Positions 9,276-21,200 of a stretch of 64,000 bases of DNA are shown here, in pieces (position 1 is the first letter of the stretch; each line of letters opens with the position of its first letter). Below the pieces are notes generated by a model. That model worked only from the letters and a program-made list of their open reading frames with translations. It was not told the origin of the DNA and made no database searches. Source of the stretch: Bdellovibrionota bacterium (lineage in GTDB: Bacteria > Bdellovibrionota_C > UBA2361 > CALJRW01). The DNA is taken from NCBI GenBank assembly GCA_041740355.1, contig JBGSMD010000061.1:9514-73513 (forward strand), read 5' to 3'. A program made the position numbers and the translations under genes.

Positions 9276-12200
9276 AAAGTTCAGCACTGGCCTTCCAAAG
9301 AGCTGTTCAATTTGTTCGCAAAGCTCTTCCGAAGGACGGACTGAAATTGGAACGTTCCGACCGTCCTTAAGAATAAACTGAATTTGCTCATCCTGAAAGT
9401 CAAACTTTACTTTTAAAGGGACATCTCCCCGATATTTATTAATAATACTTAGTAATTCTTCTTTGTGAGAGGTTAATTGGTCAGCTTGTTTAAAAACTAA
9501 GACACCCTGGGTTGCCCGGCGATCACGGAGCTCAATTAAAGATTCTAAATTCTCAATCACAAAAGTTGAGCGCTCATCACCAACATCAATACGTCCTGTG
9601 GCAATTACAGGAGCTGAGCCTTCCAATAATTCACCTACTTTTAAATAGGTATCTGGCCAGACTAACGATTCGATTGTTCCCGACATATCTTCAAAAACAA
9701 GACTAGCATACCTTGTGCCCTTTTTAGTATTTTTTAGTTTTAAAGCTGTAACTACTCCACCAATTCGAACCTTGGCACTGGCATTATTATCTTTAACTTC
9801 ACTAATTGATTTAGTTCCAAGTGCTTTAAGGTAATTATAAAATTTCTCAATTGGATGGCCAGAAAGATAAAACCCTAAAGCATCCCGTTCGTTAGAAAGC
9901 TTCTGGTTAATTGGCCACTCCGCCCGATTAGTATTGCGAACTGGAACTGTACGACTCATAACTTCTGCCGAGAATAAGCTTATCTGATTAGTATCTTGTT
10001 CCTTCTGTAAATTTTGAGCAGCACGCATCACAGGCTCTAAACGTTCCATCAATTCATTTCGACTTAGCCCGGAGAAGTCAAATCCACCTGAGCGTATTAA
10101 ATTTTCCATCACCCTTTTATTTAAGGCTTGAATCTCCACCCGACTAACTAAATCTTCTAGACCTTCAAATGGTCCTCCCTCTTCTCGGGCTTTGACAATG
10201 GCATCAACAGCTTTATCACCAACTCCTTTAACAGCAGACATGCCAAAGCGAATTACTCTTTCTTCCACGGAAAAGTCAGCAAAACTTTTATTTACATCTG
10301 GAGGTAAAACTTTTATTTGATGACGACGACACTCGTTCATGTTCTTTAAGACCTTATCGCTATCATCCATCTCATGTGACATTAAGGCAGCCATAAACTC
10401 TACAGGATAATGTGCTCGCAAGTAAGCAGTCTGATAGGAAATCATGGCATAAGCAGCGGAGTGACTACGGTTAAATCCATAACGAGCAAAGGTTTCCATC
10501 TGATCAAAGATTTCTTCAGCTAAGCGATCCACAATATTATTTTTCTTGGCACCAGCTAAAAAACGATTCCTTTGTTTGGCCATCTCTGCTGGATCTTTTT
10601 TCCCCATGGCTCGTCTTAAAAGATCAGCTTCTCCTAAACTATAACCAGACAAAACCTGCGCAAGTTGCATGATCTGTTCCTGATAAACAATAATTCCATA
10701 AGTATCACTTAAGGTAATCTGCATGTCTGGATGCAAGTAGGCCACTGGTTTACGACCATGCTTGCGATCAATGTAATGATCCACCATCCCGGCATCTAAT
10801 GGCCCCGGACGATAAAGCGCTAAAATTGCAACCAGATCATTGAAACAACTAGGCTTTAAGCGCATCGTCATGTCAGTAATACCGGAAGATTCTAATTGAA
10901 AAACTCCGGTTGTATTCCCAGCACACAACATGGAATATGTCTTACTATCATTAAGGCGTAAATTATTTGGATCTAATTGTAAATCTTGCGAAGCCTTAAT
11001 TAATTTTACTGCCGTGTTAATCACGGTTAAAGTTTTAAGTCCTAAGAAATCAAACTTAACAAGGCCAATTTTCTCCACATATTTCATGGAATATTGAGTG
11101 ACATCTTTTCCATCCTTATCAACCATCATTGGAAGCATTTCATCTAAAGGTCTGTCACCAATTACAACTCCAGCTGCATGGGTTGAAGTATGTCGGTTTA
11201 AACCTTCAAGCTTTAGAGCTAATTCTATTAATTCCTTACCTTCTCCTTTTGCATACTCCGCTAAACGCGGTTCCATTTTTATTGCTTCAGTCAGAGGATA
11301 ATCAAATCCCTGACGAGGTGCTGGAACCAATTGTGCTATCCGATCTGTTTCGGCATATGACATTCCAAGAGCACGACCAACATCCTTAATTGCTGCTTTT
11401 GCTTTAAGTGTTCCAAAAGTAGCAATTTGGGCAACCTTGTCGGCGCCATATTTATCAACTACATATTTAATAACGCGGTCACGTCCATTGATACAAAAAT
11501 CGACGTCGATATCAGGCATCGAGATACGTTCTGGATTTAAAAATCTTTCAAAAAGTAATTTGTGAATAATTGGATCCACTTCAGTAATTCTAAGGGCGTA
11601 AGCCACAAGTGATCCCGCAGCACTACCACGACCAGGACCCACTGGTACATCTTGCTCTTTCGCCCAATTAATAAAATCAGCCACCACTAGAAAATAACCA
11701 GCAAATCCCATCTTAATTAATATACCTAATTCAATTTCTAGGCGTTCATGATATTCTTTTTCAGAATTTGCATCCCACTCTTCCCGATCTTTGATCTGCT
11801 GAAACCGAGCTTGTAAACCTTCTCGCGATAAAATCTGTAGTTCTTCATCTAAAGTTTTTTCCGGAGGCAACTCATAGCGCGGCATGTAGTAAGTATTGAA
11901 ATCGAACTTTAAATCACAACGTTCCGCAATCATTACAGTATGCTTAATTGCTTCCTCAGCAAAACGACAAGTTGCTCCAAACTCACGCAGCATCTCTTCG
12001 GAAGTTTTTAAATGCAGATTAACTCCTTCATGTCGAATTCGATCAGGATCTGTAATTTGTTTTCCAGTGGATACACACATCAAAACTTCTTGAGCGTAAT
12101 GGTCAGTGGCTTCCGGGTAATGGCAATCAGTGGTTGCTACAATAGCTACCCCGATCTCTTTCGCATAATCAGCTAAAACCTTATTCATGTTTTGCTGCAA

Positions 12201-12746
12201 TGTTATTTGGTGTGGCTGGACTTCTAGGAAATAATCTTCCTTAAATATCGAAGAGTACCACTCCACCCTTTGTTTCAATTCGCGGTCTTGCTGGAGGGTA
12301 ATTAAATTTCCGAGTTCACTATTTAGACAGCCACTTAAGACAATTAAACCTTCGGAATACTGTGCTAAGATTTCATGATCAATTCGCGGTTTAAAATAAA
12401 AGCCTTCTTTATAGGCTAGACTAATAAGTTTGCAGAGATTGGTGTAACCTTTGTTATTTTTAGCAACAACAGTTAAGTGATTTATGGCTTCCCCCCCCTG
12501 AGCACGAGATACTCGTTCATGTCGTGAACCTGCGGTAATATAAAACTCACAACCAATAATCGGTTTAATTTTATGATCCTTACAGGCACTATAGAACTCT
12601 AAGGCTCCGTGCATATTTCCATGATCAGTAATAGCGATAGCTGGTTGTCCTAACTTTGCTGCCCGTTCTACGATATTGGGTAACTTATTTACCCCGTCAA
12701 GTAGACTATATTGAGTATGTAAATGGAGGTGGACAAATTGAGACAC
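9270..12746 (-). CDS. dnaE: DNA polymerase III alpha subunit
   Basis: PHP HLHLHTQYSLLDG, GPGRGSAAGSLVAY, MPDIDVDF, KFDFLGL, FNRSHSAAY, OB-fold C-terminus; no intein. Confidence 0.98.
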   Translation of the reverse strand: MSQFVHLHLHTQYSLLDGVNKLPNIVERAAKLGQPAIAITDHGNMHGALEFYSACKDHKIKPIIGCEFYITAGSRHERVSRAQGGEAINHLTVVAKNNKGYTNLCKLISLAYKEGFYFKPRIDHEILAQYSEGLIVLSGCLNSELGNLITLQQDRELKQRVEWYSSIFKEDYFLEVQPHQITLQQNMNKVLADYAKEIGVAIVATTDCHYPEATDHYAQEVLMCVSTGKQITDPDRIRHEGVNLHLKTSEEMLREFGATCRFAEEAIKHTVMIAERCDLKFDFNTYYMPRYELPPEKTLDEELQILSREGLQARFQQIKDREEWDANSEKEYHERLEIELGILIKMGFAGYFLVVADFINWAKEQDVPVGPGRGSAAGSLVAYALRITEVDPIIHKLLFERFLNPERISMPDIDVDFCINGRDRVIKYVVDKYGADKVAQIATFGTLKAKAAIKDVGRALGMSYAETDRIAQLVPAPRQGFDYPLTEAIKMEPRLAEYAKGEGKELIELALKLEGLNRHTSTHAAGVVIGDRPLDEMLPMMVDKDGKDVTQYSMKYVEKIGLVKFDFLGLKTLTVINTAVKLIKASQDLQLDPNNLRLNDSKTYSMLCAGNTTGVFQLESSGITDMTMRLKPSCFNDLVAILALYRPGPLDAGMVDHYIDRKHGRKPVAYLHPDMQITLSDTYGIIVYQEQIMQLAQVLSGYSLGEADLLRRAMGKKDPAEMAKQRNRFLAGAKKNNIVDRLAEEIFDQMETFARYGFNRSHSAAYAMISYQTAYLRAHYPVEFMAALMSHEMDDSDKVLKNMNECRRHQIKVLPPDVNKSFADFSVEERVIRFGMSAVKGVGDKAVDAIVKAREEGGPFEGLEDLVSRVEIQALNKRVMENLIRSGGFDFSGLSRNELMERLEPVMRAAQNLQKEQDTNQISLFSAEVMSRTVPVRNTNRAEWPINQKLSNERDALGFYLSGHPIEKFYNYLKALGTKSISEVKDNNASAKVRIGGVVTALKLKNTKKGTRYASLVFEDMSGTIESLVWPDTYLKVGELLEGSAPVIATGRIDVGDERSTFVIENLESLIELRDRRATQGVLVFKQADQLTSHKEELLSIINKYRGDVPLKVKFDFQDEQIQFILKDGRNVPISVRPSEELCEQIEQLFGRPVLNFL

Positions 12747-12972
12747 GGCAAATATATTGTTTTAGAAAGAAATACTAAAAAAATTTCAAGTGAGTAATAA
12801 AATTCTTTGAAGATAGTAATGCTACATATAATATAAAAAATTTAAATTGAAGCCTTATTAGAATATTTTTTAGCAGTCTGATTGTCAAACGTTTCTCGAA
12901 ATTAATTGCTGAAAGTATCTTTATCTACCGGACGTCTACTTAATTGGTAATAACAAATTTAAAGTTCACCTT

Positions 12973-13401
12973 ATGTCTAATACGATTGACCCAAAAATTA
13001 TTGATTTAATCCAAAATGATAGTGAAGATTCCTTAAGCCAACATTTGGGAATTAAATTTACAAAGATTACCAAAGACTGCGTGGAAGCCACAATGCCTGT
13101 GGATCAACGAACAATTCAACGTTTTGGAATCTTACATGGCGGAGCTTCTGTAGCATTAGCCGAAACTGTTGCTTCCGTGGCTGGCTGGTTAAATATTGAT
13201 TTTGAACGACAAGCTGTTGTTGGATTAGAAATTAATGCTAATCACTTACGTTCCGTTCGATCGGGCCTAGTAACTGCAATCGCTACGCCAATTAAGATTG
13301 GCAAATTAATTCATGTCTGGAATATTGAAATTAGAACCGAACAAAATGAATTAAATTGTATTTCTCGTTGTACCTTAGCCGTCATTGACCGAATTAAATA
13401 A
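12973..13401 (+). CDS. menI: Hotdog-fold thioesterase, likely DHNA-CoA hydrolase (MenI/YdiI family)
   Basis: MPVD..TIQRFGILHGGASVALAET, VGLEINANHLR; coupled to menA. Confidence 0.8.
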   Translation: MSNTIDPKIIDLIQNDSEDSLSQHLGIKFTKITKDCVEATMPVDQRTIQRFGILHGGASVALAETVASVAGWLNIDFERQAVVGLEINANHLRSVRSGLVTAIATPIKIGKLIHVWNIEIRTEQNELNCISRCTLAVIDRIK

Positions 13402-14300
13402 TGTTTAAGAGCCTCTATTATCTAATTCTAGCCTGTCGACCGCTGACACTTTTTGTAGCAACACTTCCTGTCAGCCTCGCCATTACTTTAGTAGTTAAGG
13501 ATAAATTATTTGCGATAACTCCGGAGATCTTGCCAGCAAACATAATTATCAGTCTAAATATTTTAATTGTTGCTGGCCTAATTCAAATTATTTCCAATTT
13601 AGCAAACGATTATTTCGATTTTAAAAAAGGTACCGATCAGCAACTTACAGGAAGGCGTAAGGTATTGCCTACAAAATTAGTTCATCCGAAGTTTTTCTTA
13701 ATCTTTTTATTAAATATTTGTTTTTTAACAGTTATCTTGGCTATTCCATTGGTTATACTTGGTGGAATTCCAATTATTGCTATTGGTATTTCGGCAATTA
13801 TTCTAGCTTTTTTTTATTCAGCCACAAAATACTCCTTGGCTAATAATTATCTATCCGAATTATTTATCTTCCTATATTTTGGTCCACTTGCCACTGCCGG
13901 CACTTATTATCTATTAACAGTTTCTTTAACGATTCCCGCATTAGCAATCGGGGTTTGTTCAGGATTACTAGGAATTGCACTGCTCGAAGTAAATAATCTT
14001 CGTGACTATCAAACAGATTTAAATGCCGGGAGAAAAAACTTGGTAACAAAATTTGGAATTAAAGAAAATTTAAGATTTCTAAACTATCTTTATTTTACCA
14101 CTCCATTTTTTCTACTATTTTTTGGACTAAAATGGCATATTTGGCTTTTAATTATTCCAGCTTTCTGCTACGCAGTATACCTTAGCTACTTAACTAGAAA
14201 GACTCCAATAAACTACAAATTATTATTCTTTAATACGATTGGCTTAATCTTCTTACTACAAGTTTTGTCAATTGCAGCTTGCATACTGAGACTTAACTAA
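13401..14300 (+). CDS. menA: 1,4-dihydroxy-2-naphthoate prenyltransferase (UbiA family)
   Basis: RPLTL, NLANDYFDFKKGTD, NNLRDYQTD; multi-TM. Confidence 0.9.
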   Translation: MFKSLYYLILACRPLTLFVATLPVSLAITLVVKDKLFAITPEILPANIIISLNILIVAGLIQIISNLANDYFDFKKGTDQQLTGRRKVLPTKLVHPKFFLIFLLNICFLTVILAIPLVILGGIPIIAIGISAIILAFFYSATKYSLANNYLSELFIFLYFGPLATAGTYYLLTVSLTIPALAIGVCSGLLGIALLEVNNLRDYQTDLNAGRKNLVTKFGIKENLRFLNYLYFTTPFFLLFFGLKWHIWLLIIPAFCYAVYLSYLTRKTPINYKLLFFNTIGLIFLLQVLSIAACILRLN

Positions 14301-15582
14301 CAATTACTCTGACCTGATTTATTCGATTATCTGCTAATCCCTCGATAATTAACTTAAAGCCATTATATACTAAGACTTCTCCTTGATTAGGAATTTTTCC
14401 CAATTGGTGAATAATAAATCCGGCGATCGTATCATATTCACCTTCCGGCAATTTTAAATCATATTCCTCATTTAAGTCATCAACTAAAGCTCCACCATCA
14501 ACAATCAAATCGCCAGAAAGTGTTTGTTTAAAGTCAGGTTCTTCCTCGTAATCAGACTCATCAAAGATATCCCCAACAATCTCTTCTAAGACATCTTCCA
14601 TGGTAATAATCCCATCTACACCACCATGTTCATCTACAACGACAGCGATATGTGCCTTTTCCGTACGAAATTTGGTAAGTAATTCTAACAAATCCAAGCT
14701 TCCGGGTATAAAAAGAACTGGTCGTATTAATTTAGCAATTTTAGCCACATTTACTTCTTGTCCTAATAAAGGAACAAGTTCTCTAACTAATAAAAATCCT
14801 TTGACCTGATCTAAGTTCTCACCGATTACTAAAATTCGGGAATATTCAGAGTCCACAACTTCTTTGAGGATATCTTCCACAGTGTTGTTTAGTGAAATTG
14901 AAACTATATCCTGACGCGGTGTCATTACCTGATCCACCTCAGTTTCTGATAAATCAACTACCCCTTTTAACATTGCCAGTTCATCCTGACTTTCTTCGGT
15001 ATTATCAGAGAAGTCGACTAACTCCACGATATCTTCCATCGTCACACTTTGTTGACTTTCTACAGGGTTTTCCAAGGAAAACTTACCAGAAAACATTCCT
15101 CCTAATAAATCAGCCAAATAAGCCAAAGGATAAAAAATATAAATTAAGGGAGTAATAAATGGGGCAATCAAACAAAGTGAGCGCTCTGGCACAGCATAGG
15201 AAACAGCCCAAGCAATTTGAACTAAGACTAAAGCTGCTACTAAGCAGATTACTACTAGGATTAAACCAAAACTAATATTGCTGATTTCCGAGTTTGGAAA
15301 AAAAGAACCAAGCACATTCCCCTGAAACACTTCCAGAAGAACAAAGGCCATTAAGAAAAAGAAAAAGAATCTCCAAGCTTGCGCTGACAGCGTGTTGATC
15401 GAAGCCGACTGCAACAACTTAACAGCAGATTGCTTACCAAAGTTAACATTAAAATCATCGGCAATAATTTTCTTAATTCGAGCCGTTCGCAATGTTGAAG
15501 ATACCAATACAAAAACTGCATGCATCAAAAGTAAGAATGGAAGAATTAATAGGAAAACTAGTCCCGAGGCACTATCAGACAT
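14293..15582 (-). CDS. HlyC/CorC (CNNM-like) protein: DUF21 TM domain + CBS pair + CorC_HlyC
   Basis: VMTPRQDI, YSRILV, VVDEHGGVDGIITMEDVLEEIVGDIFDE, YDTIAGFI. Confidence 0.9.
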   Translation of the reverse strand: MSDSASGLVFLLILPFLLLMHAVFVLVSSTLRTARIKKIIADDFNVNFGKQSAVKLLQSASINTLSAQAWRFFFFFLMAFVLLEVFQGNVLGSFFPNSEISNISFGLILVVICLVAALVLVQIAWAVSYAVPERSLCLIAPFITPLIYIFYPLAYLADLLGGMFSGKFSLENPVESQQSVTMEDIVELVDFSDNTEESQDELAMLKGVVDLSETEVDQVMTPRQDIVSISLNNTVEDILKEVVDSEYSRILVIGENLDQVKGFLLVRELVPLLGQEVNVAKIAKLIRPVLFIPGSLDLLELLTKFRTEKAHIAVVVDEHGGVDGIITMEDVLEEIVGDIFDESDYEEEPDFKQTLSGDLIVDGGALVDDLNEEYDLKLPEGEYDTIAGFIIHQLGKIPNQGEVLVYNGFKLIIEGLADNRINQVRVIVS

Positions 15583-15834
15583 TATGCTATTTGATTAAGA
15601 AAAACAGAGATTCGATTGTGATGAGTTTTGGGTCAGGATCCATATGCTTTGTTATGTAAGTTTGCTTGGATTCAGCTCAAATGTCAATAAATTAATCTAA
15701 TCATTCTTGTGAGCCGTTCATTTAAGAATAAAAAGAATTGACTACCCTCTGCTAACTTCGATTGCAAAGAATTTCATCAGATTTTTAAAGAAAAATGATA
15801 GTCATAGTTTACTTAATTAAGTAATAATGACCAA

Positions 15835-18051
15835 ATGGATATTAATACAGCTTCAAGAGAAATCATGTGGAACGTGTCGCACGTTTCCAATACTATAATC
15901 ATGTATGCCCTCCTGCTACTATCCCTAATAATTGGATTTAATGGAGTCTTTCGACAGTTTGAACTTTGGAAATCTGGAAAACCGGCACCAGAACACACCG
16001 GTAATTATCTGCAAAGATTTAAAGATATTTTCCTTTGGGGTTTCCTGCAACATGGTGTTGTAAAAGAAAAATCAATTGCCGTGGCTCACACACTTGTTTA
16101 CATCGGATTTTTAGCGCTACTTTTTACAACAACCATGGTTTTTATCGATCATGATCTTGGTTTGTTATGGGATGGTTTTAAAATTTATGATGGTAAATTT
16201 TATTTAGGTGTCACTATCATGAGCGATGTGCTTGGCCTTGGGTTAATCCTTGGTTGTGCCATGATTGCCAAAAGAAGATATTTCGATCTTACTGACAAAC
16301 TGCACAATCGAGTTGCCGATTACTTTTTTCTAATAACTTTAGTTCTACTTTGCGTGCAAGGCTTCCTAATTGAAGGATTAAGAATTCATGCCACAAACGA
16401 TCCTTGGGCTGCCTATTCCCCTGTTGGATTTTTAGTTGCCAAGTTTTTTTGGTTTTTATCAGAGCCAGCGACTCGCTGGGTGCACTTTGGACTTTGGTGG
16501 TTTCATACAATCACTGTTTTTATTGTGATTGCAATTACCCCTTACACTAAATTTTTTCATATCATCGCTAGCTCCGTTAATCTTTATTTTCGTTCTAATC
16601 AGCGACCTAAGGGCTCATTAAAAAACATTGGCGACTTGCAAAAATTAATGGAAGAAGCGACTGATGATTTTAATCTGGGTACTGACACGATCAAAGACTA
16701 CAACTGGAAACAGTTAATGGATTTAGATGCTTGTACTAGTTGTGGCAGATGTCAGGATGTCTGCCCAGCTTACAGTTCTGGAAAACCGCTGTCTCCAAAA
16801 TGGTTAATCTTAGATACTAGAAACCATGCTCTGGCCTTAAATGCTAATGATCAATTAGCACCTTCGCTCGTTCCTAAGTTTTTTAGAAATATTGATAAAT
16901 TCTTAACCACTGAATTCTTTTTAAAATCATCTGGAGTTCGTGAAGCAGAGGGTAAACTTGTTGCAAGTGGTGATTATCGCGGAGCAAACGTAGCCGTTCA
17001 AAGCTCCCTTTGGTCCCTTGGGCAAAGTGCCGATCAATCAATCTCTGGATCGGTGATGGATCCAAATGTTTTTTGGTCCTGCACTACTTGTTATGCCTGC
17101 GTTACCGCTTGTCCTGTAGGAATTAATCATGTGGATCAGATTATGTCTAACCGTCGGAACATGGTGATGATGAAAGGTGAAATTCCGAGCGAAGCTCAAG
17201 CGAGCCTTAGAATGTTAGAATCTCAAGGCAACCCTTACGGAGCGGCTGAAGATCGCAGCAAATGGTATAACGATTTAGACTTACCAATCGTAAAGGCTGG
17301 TGACGAAGTAGATTACCTTTATTGGGTTGGGTGTGTTTCGGCCTTTGATCCCCGCAAGCAAAAAATTGCTCGCTCGCTTGTTAAGATTATGCAAACTGCG
17401 GGACTGTCCTTTGGAATCCTTGGTAATGCTGAAGGTTGTACGGGAGATCCTGCCAGAAGACTTGGGGATGAAAATCTTTTTCAAACTTTAGCCAAAAGCA
17501 ACATTGAAACACTCAAGTCAGTAAAATTTAAAAATATTGTAGCGAATTGTCCACACTGTTTTAACACGATCAAAAATGAGTATCCACAATTTGGAAATTT
17601 AGGTGAAGGTCGTGAACCAAATATTATTCATCACTCCAAGTTGATTAAGCAATTATTAGCTGAGGAGAAAATCAAACTAGATCCGAATGCTACCTCTTAT
17701 ACTTTTCATGACCCTTGCTACTTAGGGCGTTACAATGATGAGTATGATGCTCCGCGTGAAGTAGTAGCAAAATCATCTAAGCTTAAGGTATTAGAGATGG
17801 AACAAAGTCGTGAAAAAGGTAAATGTTGCGGGGCTGGTGGTGGTCATTTCTGGATGGATTTAAAGCAAGGTGAAAGAATTAACGTCCAACGAGTGAACCA
17901 AGCGGAAGCAACAGGAGCAGAAAAGATTGCTACTGGCTGTCCATTCTGTTTACAGATGATGGAAGATGGTGTGAAAATTAATTCATCAAAAATGGAAGTG
18001 CAAGACTTAGCAGAGATTATCGCCGAAAGATTAATTATAGTAAATCCATAA
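15835..18051 (+). CDS. Membrane-bound Fe-S oxidoreductase (FadF/HdrD-like: NarI-like TM domain + 2x4Fe-4S + two CCG domains)
   Basis: CTSCGRCQDVCP, CTTCYACVTACP, YWVGC, CPHCFN, HDPCYLGR, CCGAGGG, CPFC. Confidence 0.9.
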   Translation: MDINTASREIMWNVSHVSNTIIMYALLLLSLIIGFNGVFRQFELWKSGKPAPEHTGNYLQRFKDIFLWGFLQHGVVKEKSIAVAHTLVYIGFLALLFTTTMVFIDHDLGLLWDGFKIYDGKFYLGVTIMSDVLGLGLILGCAMIAKRRYFDLTDKLHNRVADYFFLITLVLLCVQGFLIEGLRIHATNDPWAAYSPVGFLVAKFFWFLSEPATRWVHFGLWWFHTITVFIVIAITPYTKFFHIIASSVNLYFRSNQRPKGSLKNIGDLQKLMEEATDDFNLGTDTIKDYNWKQLMDLDACTSCGRCQDVCPAYSSGKPLSPKWLILDTRNHALALNANDQLAPSLVPKFFRNIDKFLTTEFFLKSSGVREAEGKLVASGDYRGANVAVQSSLWSLGQSADQSISGSVMDPNVFWSCTTCYACVTACPVGINHVDQIMSNRRNMVMMKGEIPSEAQASLRMLESQGNPYGAAEDRSKWYNDLDLPIVKAGDEVDYLYWVGCVSAFDPRKQKIARSLVKIMQTAGLSFGILGNAEGCTGDPARRLGDENLFQTLAKSNIETLKSVKFKNIVANCPHCFNTIKNEYPQFGNLGEGREPNIIHHSKLIKQLLAEEKIKLDPNATSYTFHDPCYLGRYNDEYDAPREVVAKSSKLKVLEMEQSREKGKCCGAGGGHFWMDLKQGERINVQRVNQAEATGAEKIATGCPFCLQMMEDGVKINSSKMEVQDLAEIIAERLIIVNP

Positions 18052-18261
18052 TGCATTTCAGAAAAAATGCCGAATTGATGCTTCGCTAACATTCTTTAAT
18101 ATTATTATCCTGTACTATCTTAGATTGAAAGTTACTGACAAACTTATATTTTTGGGTTTACTATCTGTCTCTGCTCCCTTTGGTCACATCTATCAGGCTA
18201 TATCTTATAATTTCTATTCGGGAATTAATTAATTTAGTTCAGTACCTCTATAGCTCAGCTG

Positions 18262-21200
18262 CTATCTAATTCTAGTAGCAGTTGGAGTCTGAGGTCTTCT
18301 CAAATTTTTATCATCAATTTGGACTAAGAAATCAATTAATTCCTGTTGAGCAGGAGTACTTAACTTTCTAACTTCTGCATGAGGGGTATTTGCTGGCGCA
18401 TTTGTTACATTAAAAACTTCATTTAATGTCTTCGCAGATCCATCATGAAGATATGGAGATGTTCCCCATAGACCTGTGAGTCTTGGAGTATCAAACCCAT
18501 CCAAAACACCACCAAGTCTTTTTCCGGAATTTGGCTTAATTGTGCCAACATCATGTCTAATAAGTGGGGCTATTATCATACTATCAGTAAAAACTGGGGT
18601 TTTATGACAACTCTCACAACCTAGGTCACGAAAGTGCGAGCTTCCTCGTATTGCTGAAGGTGTTAACATCCCACTACTTGTCCTTTTTGGACTGGCCGGT
18701 ACTGTGGTTAAAGATGCTACATACGACGCTAAATCATCAAGTTCTTGACTTAGCCCTTCCTTCTTAGATCCTAGTGGAGTTCGAGAGGCGAACTGCTGTG
18801 CGGAGTCACTTAGAAAACCTGTTCCTCCTAATCCAATTCGTATTTCATCAACTACTTTGCCGCGAATATCATGTTCAAAATCTTGGATCTCATCAAAATT
18901 GCCAGAAGCATGAAGAACTCCATGTGCTGTACCTGATAATCCCTTTAACGAAGCGGTCTTTCTTAAACCCTCACCTCTGTCAGTGAAATCCCAAACACGA
19001 CCATCGTGTCCTCCATCGAAATGGCAACTGGCACAAGACATATAACCTACATCATTCATCCTTGTATCGTCTGCATTATAAAAAACTTTCTTCCCTCGGA
19101 GGACATTTTGAGCAAGTGATTCATTAACAACCGTAGCTGTATCTTTGACCTTAGTAAGTTCAAAACTAGTACCATTAATCAGCCCAGAGCTATCAATTGT
19201 TGTAACTGATCGACTTAGAAAGTTATGTACATATAATTTTTCACCACTAGTACTAAAGACTAAACCTAAAGGTCCAGATCCAACTTTGATACTCGTAAAA
19301 GGAATTCCTTCTGATGTTCTAAAAACTAGGACTTCGTCATTTAAAACAAATGTTCCAAAATAAATATCTCCATATGGACTAAAAGTAATTGCAGAGGCCA
19401 TGCCTTGATCATTCAGATCACTTCGATAATCTAGATTTTCTTGATTCGTGATCAGATCTAACCTACTAGTAATACTCCGAACAGTATTCTCGGTCCCAAG
19501 TGGTAAGCCATCTCGAAATTTGCCACGGGCAGTATTATCTTTTTTTGCAGGAACAATAGCATGCTTTCCATCAGGAGAAATTGTTATGCCAATTAAGTAG
19601 TTCGGCACTCCACGACCTGAGGCTGTAGTATCAAAACCATTATCAAAAACTAAATCAATCTTGCGAGTTTTTTGAAACGTATTGGCATTAACTTCAAAGA
19701 CTTCCCCAACATCAGTTAAACCATCAATGTATGGTGAGATAAATCTTGTTACAAAAATTCTGCTAGAATTAGAAGAAACAGCGATACTTCGAATATCCAA
19801 GCCAAGTTCTACTTCACCAACTAACGCCTTAGAAGTGTTAAATTTTAACAGTTTCCCGGTTCCAGTAGAAGCGACATAGACAGCGGAACCATTTGGAGCA
19901 AAAACCAAGCCCATTGGTCGTGATCCTCGAGCAATGGCAATTTGTTGTTTTTCAGCACCATTAGCAGCATTTAATACATAAATATTATCAGATTCTTCGC
20001 AAGCTACCCAAATTTCTGAGCTATCAGAACTAAGCGCCAAGGATTGTGGGGTTTTTCCAACTGCAATTTCGAAATCCTTGTTACTTGTAACTCCATCGAT
20101 TCGAGTCACGGTATTATTATCAGGATTCACATTCCAAACTTTATTTCTAGTGCTATCAAATATAATTGTACTAGAGTTTGTTGGTGAAATGCTTGTTCGT
20201 TCATAAACAACTAGAGTCAACGCTTTGCTGATCGTGCCTTTAGAATTTCGAACCCTAGCAGAGAGACTGTATCTTCCAGGAGTTGCAAAACTCTTTGTAA
20301 GGGTATTAGATGATGAAAACTCCGAGGATGTTCCGTCACCAAAACCAAATGAGTATTCATAAGGATTTTGCGCGGAAGATCCACTTGTTATAATTGTTAG
20401 AGTTGTATTTATACCAATTGCAACTGGAGATTGGGAAGCCGTAAAACTAGTAATTACAGGCAATGAAAAATTTTCACAAAGATCCCCGATTAAATTATTA
20501 TTTACATCTGCCTGGTTTGCGTTGGAGATATTTGGACAATTATCGCAGATATCACCGATACCATCACTATCAACATCGGATTGATTAGCATTCGAAACTG
20601 TCGGACAGTTATCTAGTCCATTAGTAGCAAAAGTAAATCCGGTTACAGCGTTTGTACCAAAACAATTATTCGGATCTAACACTGAGGAATTTCTGATACC
20701 GTCTTGATCCGTATCTGGATATGCTCGGCGCCATTTAGAATTATCATTTGGCAAGCAGTCTAATGTATTAGCCGTATCATCACCATCGATATCAGAATCA
20801 CAGACATCCCCGATACCATCATTCTCAAGATCATTCTGATTAGAATTCGAAATTATTGGACAATTGTCAGGCCCATTCATCGCAAAAGTAAATCCTGTAC
20901 TTGCAGTTGTTCCAAAGCAATTATTAAGATCTAAAGTCGCAGTGTCTCTAACTCCATCTCGATCTGTATCTGCATACGCTCTACGCCATTTGGAGTTATC
21001 AATAGGTGCACAATCAGAAGTATTTGGAGTACCATCTAGATCAGAATCTGTAAGACTGAAATCTGAGTCACAAAGATCTCCAATTCCATCATTATCACTA
21101 TCAGCCTGATTTTGATTGGAAACCGCAGGGCAGTTATCAGGTCCATTGGTTGCAAAAGTAAATCCAGTCCCAGCGTTTGTACCAAAACAATTATTCAGAT

